A stretch of DNA of 64,000 bases, from assembly GCA_013239625.1 (NCBI GenBank), contig MU054212.1, positions 4,870,270 through 4,934,269 of the forward strand, read 5' to 3'. This stretch comes from Lama guanicoe. Lineage: Eukaryota. A program made the position numbers and the translations under genes. Numbering within the stretch: the stretch's first letter is position 1; each line of letters starts with the position of its first letter. Below the pieces are notes generated by a model. It saw nothing but the letters and a program-made list of their open reading frames with translations. It did no database searches and had not been told where the DNA came from. Positions 28,105 to 41,225 of the stretch are shown piece by piece.

Positions 28105-28320
28105 TGTGTGAAAAGAACAATGAATATGGAATGAGAATAAAATATGCAAACTACACTATGTTATATGCTAGCTTTGCAAGCTTTGAAAATTACCTAAGGT
28201 CAGTTTCTTCATATTTAAAATGTGACTAAAAATAATTGCTTCAGTAATTGTTGAAAGAATTGAATGAAATAACTGTAAAATCTCAAAGCAAAATGATTGA
28301 GAAGTAGTGAGTCTCAGTGG
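28105..28320 (+). mobile_element. MIR SINE
   Basis: Core 'tcagtttcttcatatttaaaatg...ttgttgaaagaattgaatgaaataa'. Confidence 0.6.
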
Positions 28321-28629
28321 AACACTTTCCTTGAATTGGACTTTATAGAAACTAGCTTTGGAATCATTTTTGTGTCCTTGGAAGGATATTAAGTCTATGT
28401 ATAAATTTGTGGTATAGGTAATTCATATAAGACTATAATATTGAAAATAATATAGTCATTTGTTGTGAAATAAGCACTATTCTTTTTCTAATTCATGGAA
28501 GAATTGGCAGGAAAATAACAAACTTCATGGGAAAATGTTTTTAAAATTAGTGTGATTTCAACGCTGTTATACTTATTTTAGAAACCAAAGAAATGTTTTA
28601 TAAAAATGATTTAATACAATTTACTAACT

Positions 28630-30705
28630 TATTTCTTATCAATTTAGATGCAAACTTTGTTAACAGAATTTTAGTAAGTACTTGGAAATATATTAAATTG
28701 ATAATATGTTATGACCAAGTATGGTTTATCCAAGAAATGCAAGGTTGCTTAAACATTTTAAAATCAAGCAGTATAATTTTTCTTCTCAACAAAATAATTA
28801 AAAACTGTTTCTATCCAGTTATCTATCATCATCATCTATCTAATATTAACATCACCATATATTTAGAAAAAGCATTTGACAAAATTTGACATAGCAATCA
28901 TTTAAAGAAATCTCTTCAAACTAGGAAATAAAGGGAAATCCTTTAGCCAAATAAAGTGCATCTGTGAAAAGCTGCAACTTCCAGTATTCTTAATATTGAA
29001 ACATCACATTCATTCTTCCCAAATTAGAAAAAAGGCAAGGACTCCATTCTATATACTTCTATTCAACATTCACTGGAAGTCACAGTCAGCCCAATAAGAC
29101 AAGAATATGAAATAAAATGCTTATTAATTGTGTTAATTCCTACATAAAGGCCTTCTGATATTTAATCTGGATTTTATTTCATCTGTATAGATGGTAATTC
29201 TCCATTTATTAGATATTTTAAAATCTTTCTTATCAATAGTTTGCATATGGAAGTACAAAGGACCTAGAATGGCTGAAAAAATTTTTTAAAATATAGCACA
29301 AATTTAGAGTGTACACACTATCCAATTTTAAAATTTACTGCATATCTAGAACTTATAAGACAACATAATATTAGCATAAGAATAGACATTTAGGTCATGA
29401 AACAGAATGCAGAGTCTAAAAATACACCCACACACTGAATTAATTTTCAAGAAAAGTTCCAAAGTAATTAAATCTTCTTAATAAATGGTGCTGGACAATC
29501 AGAAATCCGTATCTAAAAACAAAATAAACTTTTACCCTGACCTCATATCATGTTAAAAAAAAATTAGCTTGACATGGTTCATAAACCTAAATATAAAACC
29601 TGAAAAAATAAACTTTTGGAAGTAAATATCAGAGAAAATATTTTTTTCCTCTTGAGTTAGGCAATGATTTCTTACACATAATACCAAGCACATAAAATAC
29701 CAAGGAGAACAGTGATAAGTCGGTCTTCATCAATATTAAAAATGTACACTTTAAAAGACACTACTAAGAAAATGAGTGGAAACATTTGCAAAATACATGT
29801 CTGATGATGAATTTATACCCAGAATATATAAATCATGTTTAAAATACAATTTTAAAAAAAACCTTAGTTTGTGTTTATCTTTTAATGGGAAAAAGGTTTA
29901 AAAGATACTTAGCAACAAAGCATAAGATGCTCAATACCAACCATTATCAGGGAAAAAAGGAGATAATAGTACATGTTCTTTTTACTGGGGGTGATTTTTT
30001 TTAAATGGGGGAAAAACACCCCAAACACTGGCAAAACCAAGTTCTGGTGAATATGCAAAGTAACCAGAACATAAAGAAATTGCTGGCAGAAATGCAAGTT
30101 ACAAGTACTTTGTAAAACATTTGGCAGTCTCTTACTATATCACACTAACAATTACCATATGACCCAACATTCTCACTTGTAGTCATTCACCAAGAGAAAT
30201 GAATACATAAATCCATACAGAAACACATACAAAAATGTTTATAGCAATTTTATTCATAATTTACAAAAATGGGAAACAACCCAAATGCTCATCAACGGAT
30301 TCACGGTAAACAAACTCTGGTAAAGCCATACAATTGAATATTATTCAGCAGTAATAAGATTTACTACACTACAGTGATAAGGATAAACTCAAAAATATAT
30401 TGCTAAATAAAAGAACCCACAGACAAGAAGTAAATTCTGAATCACCCATTTATACAGAATTCTAGAAGACAAAAATAATATCAGGGGATACCAGGGACTG
30501 GGGCAAGAGAGGAACTTGACTGTAATATGGAATTAGGGATGTTTAGGGAGTGATGAAAATGTACTATGCCTTGCTTATGGTACAGGTAGCCTGTCTCCAT
30601 ATATTTGTCAAAACTGATCCGAATGTACAGCTAAAAAAACCCCGAATTTAACCATATATAAACGATCCTTCTATAAACCTGAATGATTAAAAGTAAAAAT
30701 AAATT
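28630..30705 (+). mobile_element. Old L1M (L1MC/ME-like): degraded ORF2 RT domain through 3' UTR
   Basis: ORF track 28593-28889 'NLDANFVNRIL...YDQVWFIQEMQGCLNI...EKAFDKI' is the L1 RT; downstream ORF2 and 3' UTR blocks are colinear, with many stops and indels. Confidence 0.9.
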
Positions 30706-30719
30706 TAAAGTATAAGCCA

Positions 30720-31112
30720 TAGAAACACCAGTCAAAATAAACCTAAGAGACTATATCATATGAGATAAATTGGACCTCAGAAAAGGATTATAGGCAGGCA
30801 CAAAGAAGATGATTTTATAGTGATAAAGCAGTCATTCAAGAGAACCAAAAAAAGGAATAAAACAGAAATGAAAATACTAAATAGATAATAGAGCTTTAAA
30901 AAAAAAAACATGAAGCAAAAACTGACAGAACTGAAAGAAGAAACAATTATAGCTTGGGATCTCAAGGCCCTTTCTCAAGTCTTGGTAGATCAGTAAGAGT
31001 AAACAAGACTTCAACAGCACTATCAATCCAACTGACCTAATTGGCAGTCTACTTAACAAGGAGAGAAGACACATTGTTTTCAACTGTTCGTGAACATTTA
31101 TCAAGACAGAAG
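30720..31112 (+). mobile_element. L1 ORF2 endonuclease-domain fragment
   Basis: 'catgaagcaaaaactgacagaactgaaagaagaa', 'agacttcaacagcactatcaatccaactgacctaattg'. Confidence 0.8.
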
Positions 31113-31139
31113 TGATTTTTTTCCTAATTTTTCTAATAA

Positions 31140-31760
31140 TTTGGGGAAGTTCTTGCAAGCATCTTTTTGTTAATTATTTCTAATTTAATTAAATTTTGTT
31201 AGAGAGCATACTCTGTAAATTTAATTTTTTTAGACATTGAGTGAGACTTATTATTATATATGGTCCAGCATTTGCTCTACATTGATGAATATTCTGTGTA
31301 CTTAAAAGGAATACGTATTTTGCAGTTTGGCATTTGATGGTGTTGATCAATCCTCGATATCTTTGTTTCTAGTGGTTCTGAGTGGCTTCTCAAAATTGTT
31401 TCAACTTATGTTCATGCTTTTGTCTATTAATCCCTTAATTTTGTCAGTTTTCTACCTTTATTGAAGATATTTTTGCTAGATGTAGAATTCTATGTTGACA
31501 ATTTTTTCCCAGGACTTATAGATAGCATCCATTGCTTTCTGGTCTCCATTGTTTGTGTTTTGTTTTTTTTTTCTAAGTACGCATATACTGAGAAAGGCAA
31601 ATCTCAGTAGTTTTATGTCTTCTAGGGTCCACTCTTGTTCAGCTTCTGCCTTTATGAGTCACTCTTTACTCTTTAACCTCCAAGCAGTTATTTTTATGTA
31701 ATTTTCCAGAGTTTATATTGTAGGTTAATCACATCACCGATTCCATCACTACTGAATTGG
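31140..31760 (-). mobile_element. Antisense old L1 fragments (endonuclease region and ORF1/5' pieces)
   Basis: 'ttctaatttaatt...agagagcatactctgt', 'ttgaagatatttttgctagatgtagaattcta...ccattgctttctggtctccattgtt'. Confidence 0.7.
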
Positions 31761-34131
31761 ATTCACACTATAGAAACTTTGAGTAAGCAACTTAAATGTT
31801 TTAGTTTTTTAAAAGTGTAGATAAAATAATGATGAGACACCATTTCTCTGAATTAAGACTCACTTTGGAGCATGCTGCTATTTGTCAGTAAATTTTTAAT
31901 AAAATATTGTATGGCTTTTTACATGTTTGGGTGGTACTAATATTCACTAAGCATTCAGGCAGGTTTAAACATCTTGACTGCAGAAACAAAGTGTGTGTTA
32001 TAGCAGAATAAAAGCCAAAATTGTTGTGTTGTAGTGTCTTCACAGTGGATTTTTGAATATGCCACTGTAGCAGAATTCTATGATGCATAATACATTAAAC
32101 CAGTAATTAGTATATATCAATTTATACTTCTCAGGATTCAAAACCTGGCCTTCAAAATGGAAGTCATGAATAGTGGGGAAGAACATCTCGATTTATGGTG
32201 TTTGGATACAACTAGGAAATGAACAAGAATAACTGCAGTTCGATGTGAACTGGTCAGTAGATGTCGTTGGAACTTGTTTCGTGGTGTTTCATTGAGGAAC
32301 ACAAAGGAAGAATAAAATGTACGGATGACAAATATGCATCAAGTACAACATGAGATGGGTTCATACACATTGTATATTTATACAGACTGTGTATTTATTC
32401 CTATATTTTAAAAAAATTATAGATAAGAAATCCAGCATTTACTGAGGTCAACTATTTACCTCATGTGACAGAGTTTCTCAGTGGTGGAACCAGAATATGA
32501 GTCTAGGGACACCCGTCTCAAGATTTCATACACGTTCAAGGCTGTATGCACTCTGGTGTCTTTCTGCAGGGTCTATGCCCTTGAATGTAAGCATTCTCAA
32601 GAAAGGCATGCAGAAACTCAAATATAACAAATTGCCCTAAGTTTATAGATGGCAAAATAGTGAAGAATAATATTATAGCTTGTGGTTCATGCTAGGTCCT
32701 ACTGGTAGGATCCACACAGAGATGGCTAAAAGCAAAGTTTTTAAAAGACACCTATTTTATTTTCTAGATGTGTCCAAGATTAAACACACACATTTAGCAA
32801 TTTCAGAATTTTTGTGGGTTTTCTTTGAGCTTTCAACCACTGTATTCCAACAAGAAGACTTTATTAGGCAGTCCATCTGTAACTGATATTGCTATTTTTA
32901 AGTGCTAAAGAATTTTGTTTGAAAAACTTCTTTTATGTTATGTAAATACATAGTTATTTATTATGGGTATATTCTATGACTCACTAAGATGACAATACCA
33001 TAGAGAACAGGGGTTAACTCTTGTTGTTAACACATAAAACACTTAAAAGGTACTCCTTCAACATTTCCTAATTTTAATGATAAAATATTTTGTAGCAGTT
33101 TTAGTATGTAAATTATCCTACACGTTTAGGAGCCCAAAATTTATAGTTTAACTTTACTTTTTTCTTATTTTTGATATTAAGTTAAACAAAAGACACTCTT
33201 TTAAGTTATTTGTTCCAAGGGTATTACTATGATATGGTTTGTACCTGGATTTTAAAATGCTGTGGTAGAATAATGGATTTCCTTTCAAGCATGTTCTTAA
33301 GAAGCAAAATCAATATTGTGACTATAATCCATTAAATTAATACTGGGTCTCTTTTCTGACATTCCAGTCAGTATTTACATACGTTTACTACATTACCATG
33401 TCTTCACAGGTTCATGTAATTGACTACTCAAACTGCAGCATTTAGGGAAGTTTTTTGCACTTGGCACCAGAACAAGTTCCTAAGCTCATTTCATTTGCCA
33501 CTTTTGAGAGCTAGCAGTCAAATCGTGTCTTTTCAGCATAAGACTCCAAGGAATTATACAGATAAAGAACTAAAAGGAAAAGCGAGTTGAAAAGAGTCCA
33601 AAGCGAGCCAGACTAGAAGGGGATACAAGCAGCATAGAAACAGCAGAAAGCAGAGCTTCAAAGTAGGACGTGTGGGACCTCATGGTACACATAGGTATCA
33701 AAAGAAAAACAAAGGCTGAACATTTTGGTATTCACCTACCCTTCAAAAGGAAGCCTCCAGAGAAACTGGAAAAAGTATCTGAAGCAATTTTTACCTCTGA
33801 GATTGAATCTGTTGAAAAGATGTAGATCGAGATGAATAACAACGTTCTTCCAGAATGTGATTCCATTCTCTACATGTGGGAAAAATGCTTCATAAACAGA
33901 TAGGCATATCGTTTTGTTTTCATGAAGGAAGCTGTGATTTTGAGGAGACTACGGTAGGATTTTCAGATTAGAGACAGTGGCAGTGTTTCCTCATTTACAT
34001 AAAAAGGCACCTGTTATAATGAGTTGCATTTAATGTATGGTTAATTAAAACTGTTTCATTTTACACATAACACATACAACTTTGCTTCACAAAGATCATC
34101 AATCCCACCAATGAGTCGTTGTTTTCATTAG

Positions 34132-34233
34132 TCTGTTTTTGTTCTTGTTTTTTTAATGGAGGCACTGGGATTGAACCCAGGACCTCATGCATGATAAACA
34201 TGCATACTGCCACTAAGCTATTTCCCTTCTCCC
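34132..34233 (-). mobile_element. tRNA-Ala-derived SINE (Vic-1-type, camelid) with target-site duplication
   Basis: Minus strand reads ggg...aaTAGCTTAGTGGcagtatgcatgtttatcatgcatgaggtcctgGGTTCAATCCCagtgcctcca plus an A-rich tail (A and B boxes in capitals). A perfect 12-bp direct repeat tgttttcattag flanks it at 34120-34131 and 34234-34245. Confidence 0.9.
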
Positions 34234-34994
34234 TGTTTTCATTAGCTTTAATTATTATTTGTTAAAACAAGTTTTGAGATACTTAAGCCAATCTGCATAC
34301 CAAATCCCTTTACCTGATAGATTTATAGATCTCCGTATAAAGGGCACTGTACTTTTCTTCTTGAATGGTAAGGCAGCCTTCATGTGTAGTTAGTAGTATT
34401 GAGACTCAGAATCAAAATGGATATTCTAACATAACTTTAATTTAGAATTTATTTGTATAGTTTTATGTAGCCAGGGAGTTGGGTAAATGAGTCTGAATGC
34501 AAGAAAACAAAAACCAAAACCAAAAAACTCTTATTCAGGAATCAGAATAATGGTTTGTGTCTGCAGACAGATGTCATCTGATAAAATCACTTCTTTTAAG
34601 TGGAATCTGTTTGTCTTATAAATGAAGTGATCTATATACTTTTTAAAGTCATGGGTTACTCAAAATAAAACAGATATGTCTAATAAGCTGGCATTTCTTT
34701 CTGACACAGTGGATGTCTTTATTAGCAGAATATGTATAAAATTCATATTAGGGCATTAAAGTAAATTACAGGAAGTTTTCCGAAAGAAATCATTTAATGG
34801 AAAGATCAGATGTTGTAGTATTTCCCTAATTAAACACAATTTTTTTCCATGTTAGTTGGGGCCAGCATGTTAATTTAAAAACAGAAGTGCCTCTCCTAGG
34901 TGGTTATATATCTTCTTCATTCAGCCTGAAAATTACACATTGGAAATTAAGTAAAAATGGATTCTGCTGCATTTTTTCAATGATGAAAATATGT

Positions 34995-36420
34995 CTGAGA
35001 CTCTGCCACTGGCCAAGGTGAATCTAACCTCCCACTTGAAACAATCCAAAAATGAACAAAACATCAGAAAAAGTGGTTTTGAAGACATCAGGCATCAGGC
35101 AGGACATCAGAAAATGAAAGACAATCATCACTGAGGTATGAGAAACAAATGAGTCCTAAAATTGTATCAGCTCACTTCCTTGAGTTTCTGTCCATTGGTA
35201 CAGGAGAGGAATGCCAGACGAAGCCTGGTCGATATGCTACAAGTAGGAGATGGGCTGAGAGAACGTGGGGACCAAGACATCTAGACTAAGGACCAAGTCC
35301 CTGAGAGAAAAGAGCTGCACAGAGAGAAAACCCCAGAGACCTGAAGATGGCCCCAGACTCCTCGAGTATACGGTTTAAGATAAATCAGTTAATCATGCTG
35401 TGGGGAAATAACCTAAGACAGGGGGAAAAAAACACCTGGGAGGAGTGGAGGGGATAGTGTCCAGCACTCACACGGGACCCAATTCTCTTGGGCTTCATGA
35501 TTCACAAGATACTGAACAAATGATACAGAAAAGTTTAGTAAATAGTAGTGAGCTATGAGCTACGGTCTAACCTAATAATCTTAAAAGTGATATGTGAAAG
35601 GATCAAACTATTTCCAAATAGTCTGCACCAGGCAAAACTCAAAAATCGTGATAGGGATACAAAAAATATCCAACAACCAACAAAGTATTGATAACATTAG
35701 GCATCTAAACAAAATAGCAGGCATGCAAAGAGGCAGAAAATGTAATTAATAATAAGAAAAACCAATCAAGACAGACCTAAAAGTGACAAATGTTAGAAGG
35801 CCAACACATTAACCTAGTTTTTGTAACTAAATCTTTTAAGTTCAGAAACTTTAGTAGAGGCAGAAAAGATATTTTAAAAACACACAAATTGAACTCATAA
35901 AAGATTAAAATTACAGGGGATATGATGAAAATTACACTGTAGAAGGTTAACAGTAGACTGGACACTGTAGAGGGAAAAAAAAAGATTACAGAACCAGAAA
36001 GCAAAGCAAAATAAACTATCCATGAACTATTCAAAAAACTAAAAGAATTAACAGATTGACAACTACAAGAATGTTATAGAAAGTCTTTCAGGCTGAAAGG
36101 AAATGATACCAGGTCAAAATATAGATTTACAGAGAGAAGGATAGAGCAATGGAAATGTTAGTTTTGTAAGTAAAGAATCAATGTTTTTATTAAGTAAATT
36201 TTATTAAAATATAATTGAATGCTTTAATAGACACGGTAATTCTGTATGGCGTTTACAACATACATAAAAATAAAATGCAGAAGCACATTCGCAGTAGCAC
36301 AATGGGCAGGAGTGGTGAATTGGAAATATGCAATTATAAGTTTCTTATGCTGTACTTCACTTAAAGGGAGACTATGGTCAGTTACAGATGTATACGAAGT
36401 CAACTGCTGAAATGACAAAA
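34995..36420 (+). mobile_element. Old L1M 5' UTR/ORF1 region (L1MC/MD-like)
   Basis: ORF1-region motifs 'aacagtagactggacactgtagagg' and 'aactacaagaatgttatagaaagtctttcaggctgaaaggaaatgatacc'; homologous in reverse orientation to 14430-15540. Confidence 0.75.
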
Positions 36421-36427
36421 TTAAGCT

Positions 36428-36567
36428 ATGCTGACCAAGATGGTCTTAAGGTTCTCCTCAGTTTGGCTAAATTTTAGACAGTTCTCTTCCTTAATATAGG
36501 TCCCTCTCAAATATAAATTCTTTTTCTGCCATTTCAAGATGTAAATATTCTGCCAGTATCTTGCCAG
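36428..36567 (+). mobile_element. Short ERV1-type LTR fragment
   Basis: 'tgctgaccaagatggtcttaaggttctcctcagtttggctaaattttagacag' resembles the start of an MER4/MER65-class LTR; truncated by the next L1. Confidence 0.4.
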
Positions 36568-37045
36568 TTTTTTCTCAACTGAAGTATAATGGACTTACAA
36601 TAATAAATTAGTTTCAGGTGTACAACATAGTGATTTGATAACTTTATACATTATGAAATGATCACCGTAAGTCTACTCACAATGTGTCACCAAAGTTATT
36701 ACTATATTATTGACTATGTTCCCTATGGTGTATATTACATCTCTGTGACTTAATTATTACATAATTAATAATTATGTACATTAATTATGTACCTCTTAAT
36801 CGCTTTCAGCTATTTTATCCATTCTCTCCCCCATCCTCTCCCTCTGGCAACCACTAGTTCTCTGTATCTATGAGTCTGTTTCTAGCTAAGCTATGTTTGT
36901 TCATTTGGTTTTTTTTCAGATTCCATTTATCAGTGAAATCATACGGTATTTATCTTACCGTGACTTATTTCACCTACCCTCTAGGTTCATATATGTTGCT
37001 ACAAATGTCAAGATTTCATTATTTTTCATGAGTTAGTACTATTCA
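36568..37045 (-). mobile_element. L1 3' end (L1MA9/laurasiatherian-type 3' UTR)
   Basis: 'aactgaagtataat...agtttcaggtgtacaacatagtgatt...cctctggcaaccactagttctctgtatctatgagt...agattcca...gtgaaatcatacggtattt'. Confidence 0.9.
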
Positions 37046-37830
37046 GTGGACACCATGTGACTCTGGGTTCTATTTATAATTTCTAAATAATGCTGATTTT
37101 TGTTCTTATTGTTTTAGCAGGCAGTCAATCTGGCTAGGTTAACACCAAATGTCCCTACTAACAGTCTGCTGGCTATGCTTCTGATGCCTATGTATAATAT
37201 CCAGTCTGAAACCTGTATTTCTCCTTAAACTGTACTTCAATGTTCAAAGCTTTTTGTATGCTGATTCAAGTCAGTTTTATATAACTTTTACATAAGTGAA
37301 ACTATGAGGTGAACACAGGTCTTGACACACCTGGCTTTTAATTTAGAGCATCCTTTCTCCAGCCCCTCCCTCTTGTGACCCTTCCTGCTCCTAGTCTATG
37401 TTTCCCAGTGGTCCCCTTTCCAAGATTCTGTCTATAACCATAGGGTTTTAGATTTCTTCATTCATGCCAGAGTTCTGTTCCCCAAGGTCTGTCACTATCC
37501 TATTGTTTAGAAATGAGCAGGTCTCCTTTTTTGCCGGCATTTGTCTGGTATAAAAGCAAAACAAAACCCTGTATCCTCACAATTCTATAAGACTCATGGA
37601 AAGACGTGCTGGCCGCAAACCTCTATAGAACACTCCTTGAACTTTTTAGCAGTAAGAAATAAAAAAAGAAAAAATATGTAAGAGTCTAATTTTCAAATGT
37701 TCTGTTGATACTTCGCATCTATTCACTGAAATATATTATTGTTACAACCTGAGAGATGAGACAAGTTGCTCCCCTCTATTGTCTTAGGTTCTTATTTGTT
37801 AAACTTCAAACTATAAATATTGCTGTTGTT

Positions 37831-38292
37831 TTGTGATCAGGTTCAGGGCAGGCCACGCAAAATATGACATTTTGAATTAAAGTCACTTAAGAAACAGCAG
37901 GTAAAAGAAGGACTCTGACCTTTGTTCTCCTGAAAGCAAGAAATAAATTTTCCATGTGAAGGTGTCCTCCCTATACCAAGAGGGTAGAAGGCATCCTTAT
38001 CACCAGAGATAGAGAAGTCAAAGCCAAGAAGGCTATATAAACAAACTTTGTTTCTTCATTAATTTGCTGTCTCAACAAACCCCTTTATTTTGCCAAATCC
38101 TCACAGATAATTGCTTTTTTGTCTAAAAAAGTATAAAAGCTTCCTGCTTTAGTCACTTCTTTGGGTCTCATATTCTTAAGAGATTCCTGCACATACATAA
38201 TTAAATTTGTTTTTTTTTCCTCCTGTTAATCATTGTGTCAATTTAATTATTAGACCAGTAAAAAGAACCAAGAGGGGTTCCCCTCCTGAGCA
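37831..38292 (+). mobile_element. ERV1 solo LTR (MER34/MER39-like)
   Basis: TG...CA termini; 'ggccacgcaaaatatgac', 'aaataaattttccatgtgaaggtgtcctccctatacc', TATA-like 'gtataaaagcttcctgctttagtcacttctttgggtct'. Confidence 0.75.
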
Positions 38293-39849
38293 ATTGCTTT
38301 CCCTTTCTGCAATGGATTTGCTATATAAATTAGTAAAGTTTTAGGAGCAGGTGACAAGAAAACTACCAGCACAGAAATACAATTTTTCTACTCATTACAA
38401 ACTATAAGAATATTCAGTCAACTAGCTTTTCTTCTCTGTTTCAGTTACAAATATTATTTCTATTTTAAGGACAACAATATTGATCACTTGATAACCTCAG
38501 TCATGCTGGAGCAGTCAATAACTTGGTTGAAAACCCATTAATGTCTCACATATAATGATTTATATCAATACCACATGAAATAAGCAGGTAATGTTTTCTG
38601 ATTTCTAAAACTTGAATCAAGAAAAGAACATAACAACAACAATAATACATTCAAGCCATTAAAGGTGCTCCCAAATCTCCTTCAGTAAATGTAAAAATGC
38701 TTTCTTCCATCTCCTTATTCTCTTCTCATTAGGGTCTGCTAATCATTACATATCAGTATCAAGATAAATTTAAAATGAGTTCTTACAACATTTTATTGCT
38801 TTCTGTTTTGCCTAATTAGTAATATGGCATGTGGGTTTTTAAATTGTTTTATTACTGTGTTTTAGATTAAGTAATGATTTGGGAGATAGTTGGAGAATAT
38901 GAATACTCTTAATAAATTACTGCTATAGGTAAATATATTCTACCTTCTAAAATCTATTTACCAATGAACTATTGTGAAAGAAAAAAACTTAAAAGTTTAT
39001 GAGTGTGTAATACGTAGCAGACACTAACACACACACAAAAAAAGACTTAATAACACATCATTTTGTAAAAGAGCTACTTACCTAATATTTCCCACAATGA
39101 ACAGCTGAACAGTTTTCCTTGTCAGGGAGATGCAAGCATTCCATCTTGTCTAGCTGTTTATTCATCTCAAAAATCTTACAGAAAAATTTTAAAAATTGAG
39201 GTTATTTAAATTGTCAATAAAGAACAAGAATTATACTAGATAATTAATCATAAATACATAAAACAATGAAACATTTTAGTTTTATACATCTACAATGAAC
39301 TCTGTAGCAGGATTATGTTATTTCCTTTTTCTCCACACTAGAAATCAGAAAGAACTCGTACATGTGGGTAAGAGAAGTCTCTGACCTGGACTGGTTTGTA
39401 TTCCTCTTCATTATGTTTCTGTTGATATTCTCTCATGCCCTCACCATTTTCTGCCAAATTGTCTTCCCTTGAAATTTCTGAGTGCGGTTAGTAAAAACAT
39501 CAAGTTCTATACCCTAGCTCAATCAAATTACCAGCTGAGTGATCTTGAGTAAATTATTTAATCTCTCTTGACTGCAGTGTATATCTCTCTTTGATTACTA
39601 TGGTAAAGGATAAGAGAAGAATTAGTCCACCCTCTACTTTTCCTTGCTAATTATAATCTATATTTACCATACCTCCAGGATTTATCTACCTATTTACACA
39701 ACATATTCTGAAAGATTGTCAAGGAAAACATAGTAAATTGAGAATGCATAGTGAGTATTCTAGATCAACTATTAAGTAAAAGCTCAAAGAGATACAGAAT
39801 AAATCCAGTATATGAGAAAGAATGACATACTAAAATATATTAGATTGTC

Positions 39850-41225
39850 CCAAAGGAAGAAAAAATAGAGAACAAAAAAGTAAAAAAAAAAAGAAAAGAA
39901 TAAACAAAATATAGGGAACAACTAACAGAATGGTCAATAAACTCAAACATATAATTTAAATGGAAAACACCATCTAAAAAGTGCTATTTTTTCAAATAGA
40001 ACAAGAAAGCTTGACTTAAATATATGATGCTACTACAGATGTACTTTAAATATGAAGCTGTACATATATCAGAAGCGAAACAATGGAAAATTATATTCTA
40101 TACATACATTGTGCATAAAAATAGTATGCTCATATTAATATCAGGCAACACAGGCTTAAAGAAAAAGATTATTTTGAATAAAAGGTGCATTTTGTAATCC
40201 TTAAAGGGTCAGTATTTCAGAAGGATATCATACTACTAAATTTGTACACAGCTAATTACAGCTTTAGAATAGCTTCAGAACTACAAGGAGAAATAGACAA
40301 AAACACAATTTTATATGGATATACCTTTCTCTAGAAACCATCATAACAAATAGACAAAATCCTCTGAAAATTAGGAATAGAAGGAAACTTTCTGAATTCG
40401 ATGAAGGATACCTTTGAAAAACATTAGCTAATATCACAATTGATGAAAAAATAGTAATAATTTCCCCCTCTGTATTATGTAATGATAACTTTTATATTTC
40501 CCCAAGAAAATTAAAGTATATATCCATACTTGTACATAAATTATCATAGAAGTTTGATTGCTAATAGTGAAACTCTGGAAATAACCCAAATATTTTTCAG
40601 CAGGCAATTGGGTTAATAAAGTATGGTATAGCCATACAACTGAATTCTACTTAGCAACAGAAAGTAATGAATAATTGATACACACTAAAAAATGGATAAA
40701 TATAAAAATAATTATGTTGAGTGAAAGAAGCTAGTTTTAAAAAGTATATACTATATGATTCTACTCATACAATTGTCAAAGAAATGTTCACTAATGCGTA
40801 ATAATAGAAAATCAGTTGTTGACTGGGGATGGGGGCATGAGATAGAGACATGGCAGGAAACTTTTGGAGATGATGGATATGTTCATTCTCTTGATTGTGG
40901 AGACAATTTCATGGATGTGTGTGCGTGCGTGCTCAAAATTTAATTGATAATAACCTTTAAATACATGCAGTGCGTCATCTGTCAATTATACCTCAATAAA
41001 TATTATAAAAAATAAGAATAGATTTACAAAGTGTGTAAGATCTATAATTACAAAATACAAAATATTTTAATATAATAAAAGACCTAAATAAATGGACACA
41101 TATACAATGATGAAGGAATGGAAAACAATATTTTCATGATGGAAATCCCTTCCAATTGACCTGTAGATGTGTGACATCCCAATGAAATACAGACTACTTT
41201 TTTTAAAACAGAACATTGTTTTTAA
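39850..41225 (+). mobile_element. Old L1M fragments (endonuclease region, internal deletions, L1MC/ME 3' UTR, extra ORF2 piece)
   Basis: 'gaactacaaggagaaatagacaaa', 'taggaatagaaggaaactttctgaatt', 'tatgttgagtgaaagaagc', 'gtcaattatacctcaataaa'. Confidence 0.8.

Noticed and set aside
34157..34226. Possible tRNA-Ala gene
   Set aside because: Stems are broken by substitutions, and it has an A-rich tail and a TSD, so it is a SINE.
39342..39367. Possible 26-nt micro-exon (ctag|...tgg|gtaaga)
   Set aside because: No linked exons or coding signal; likely chance.
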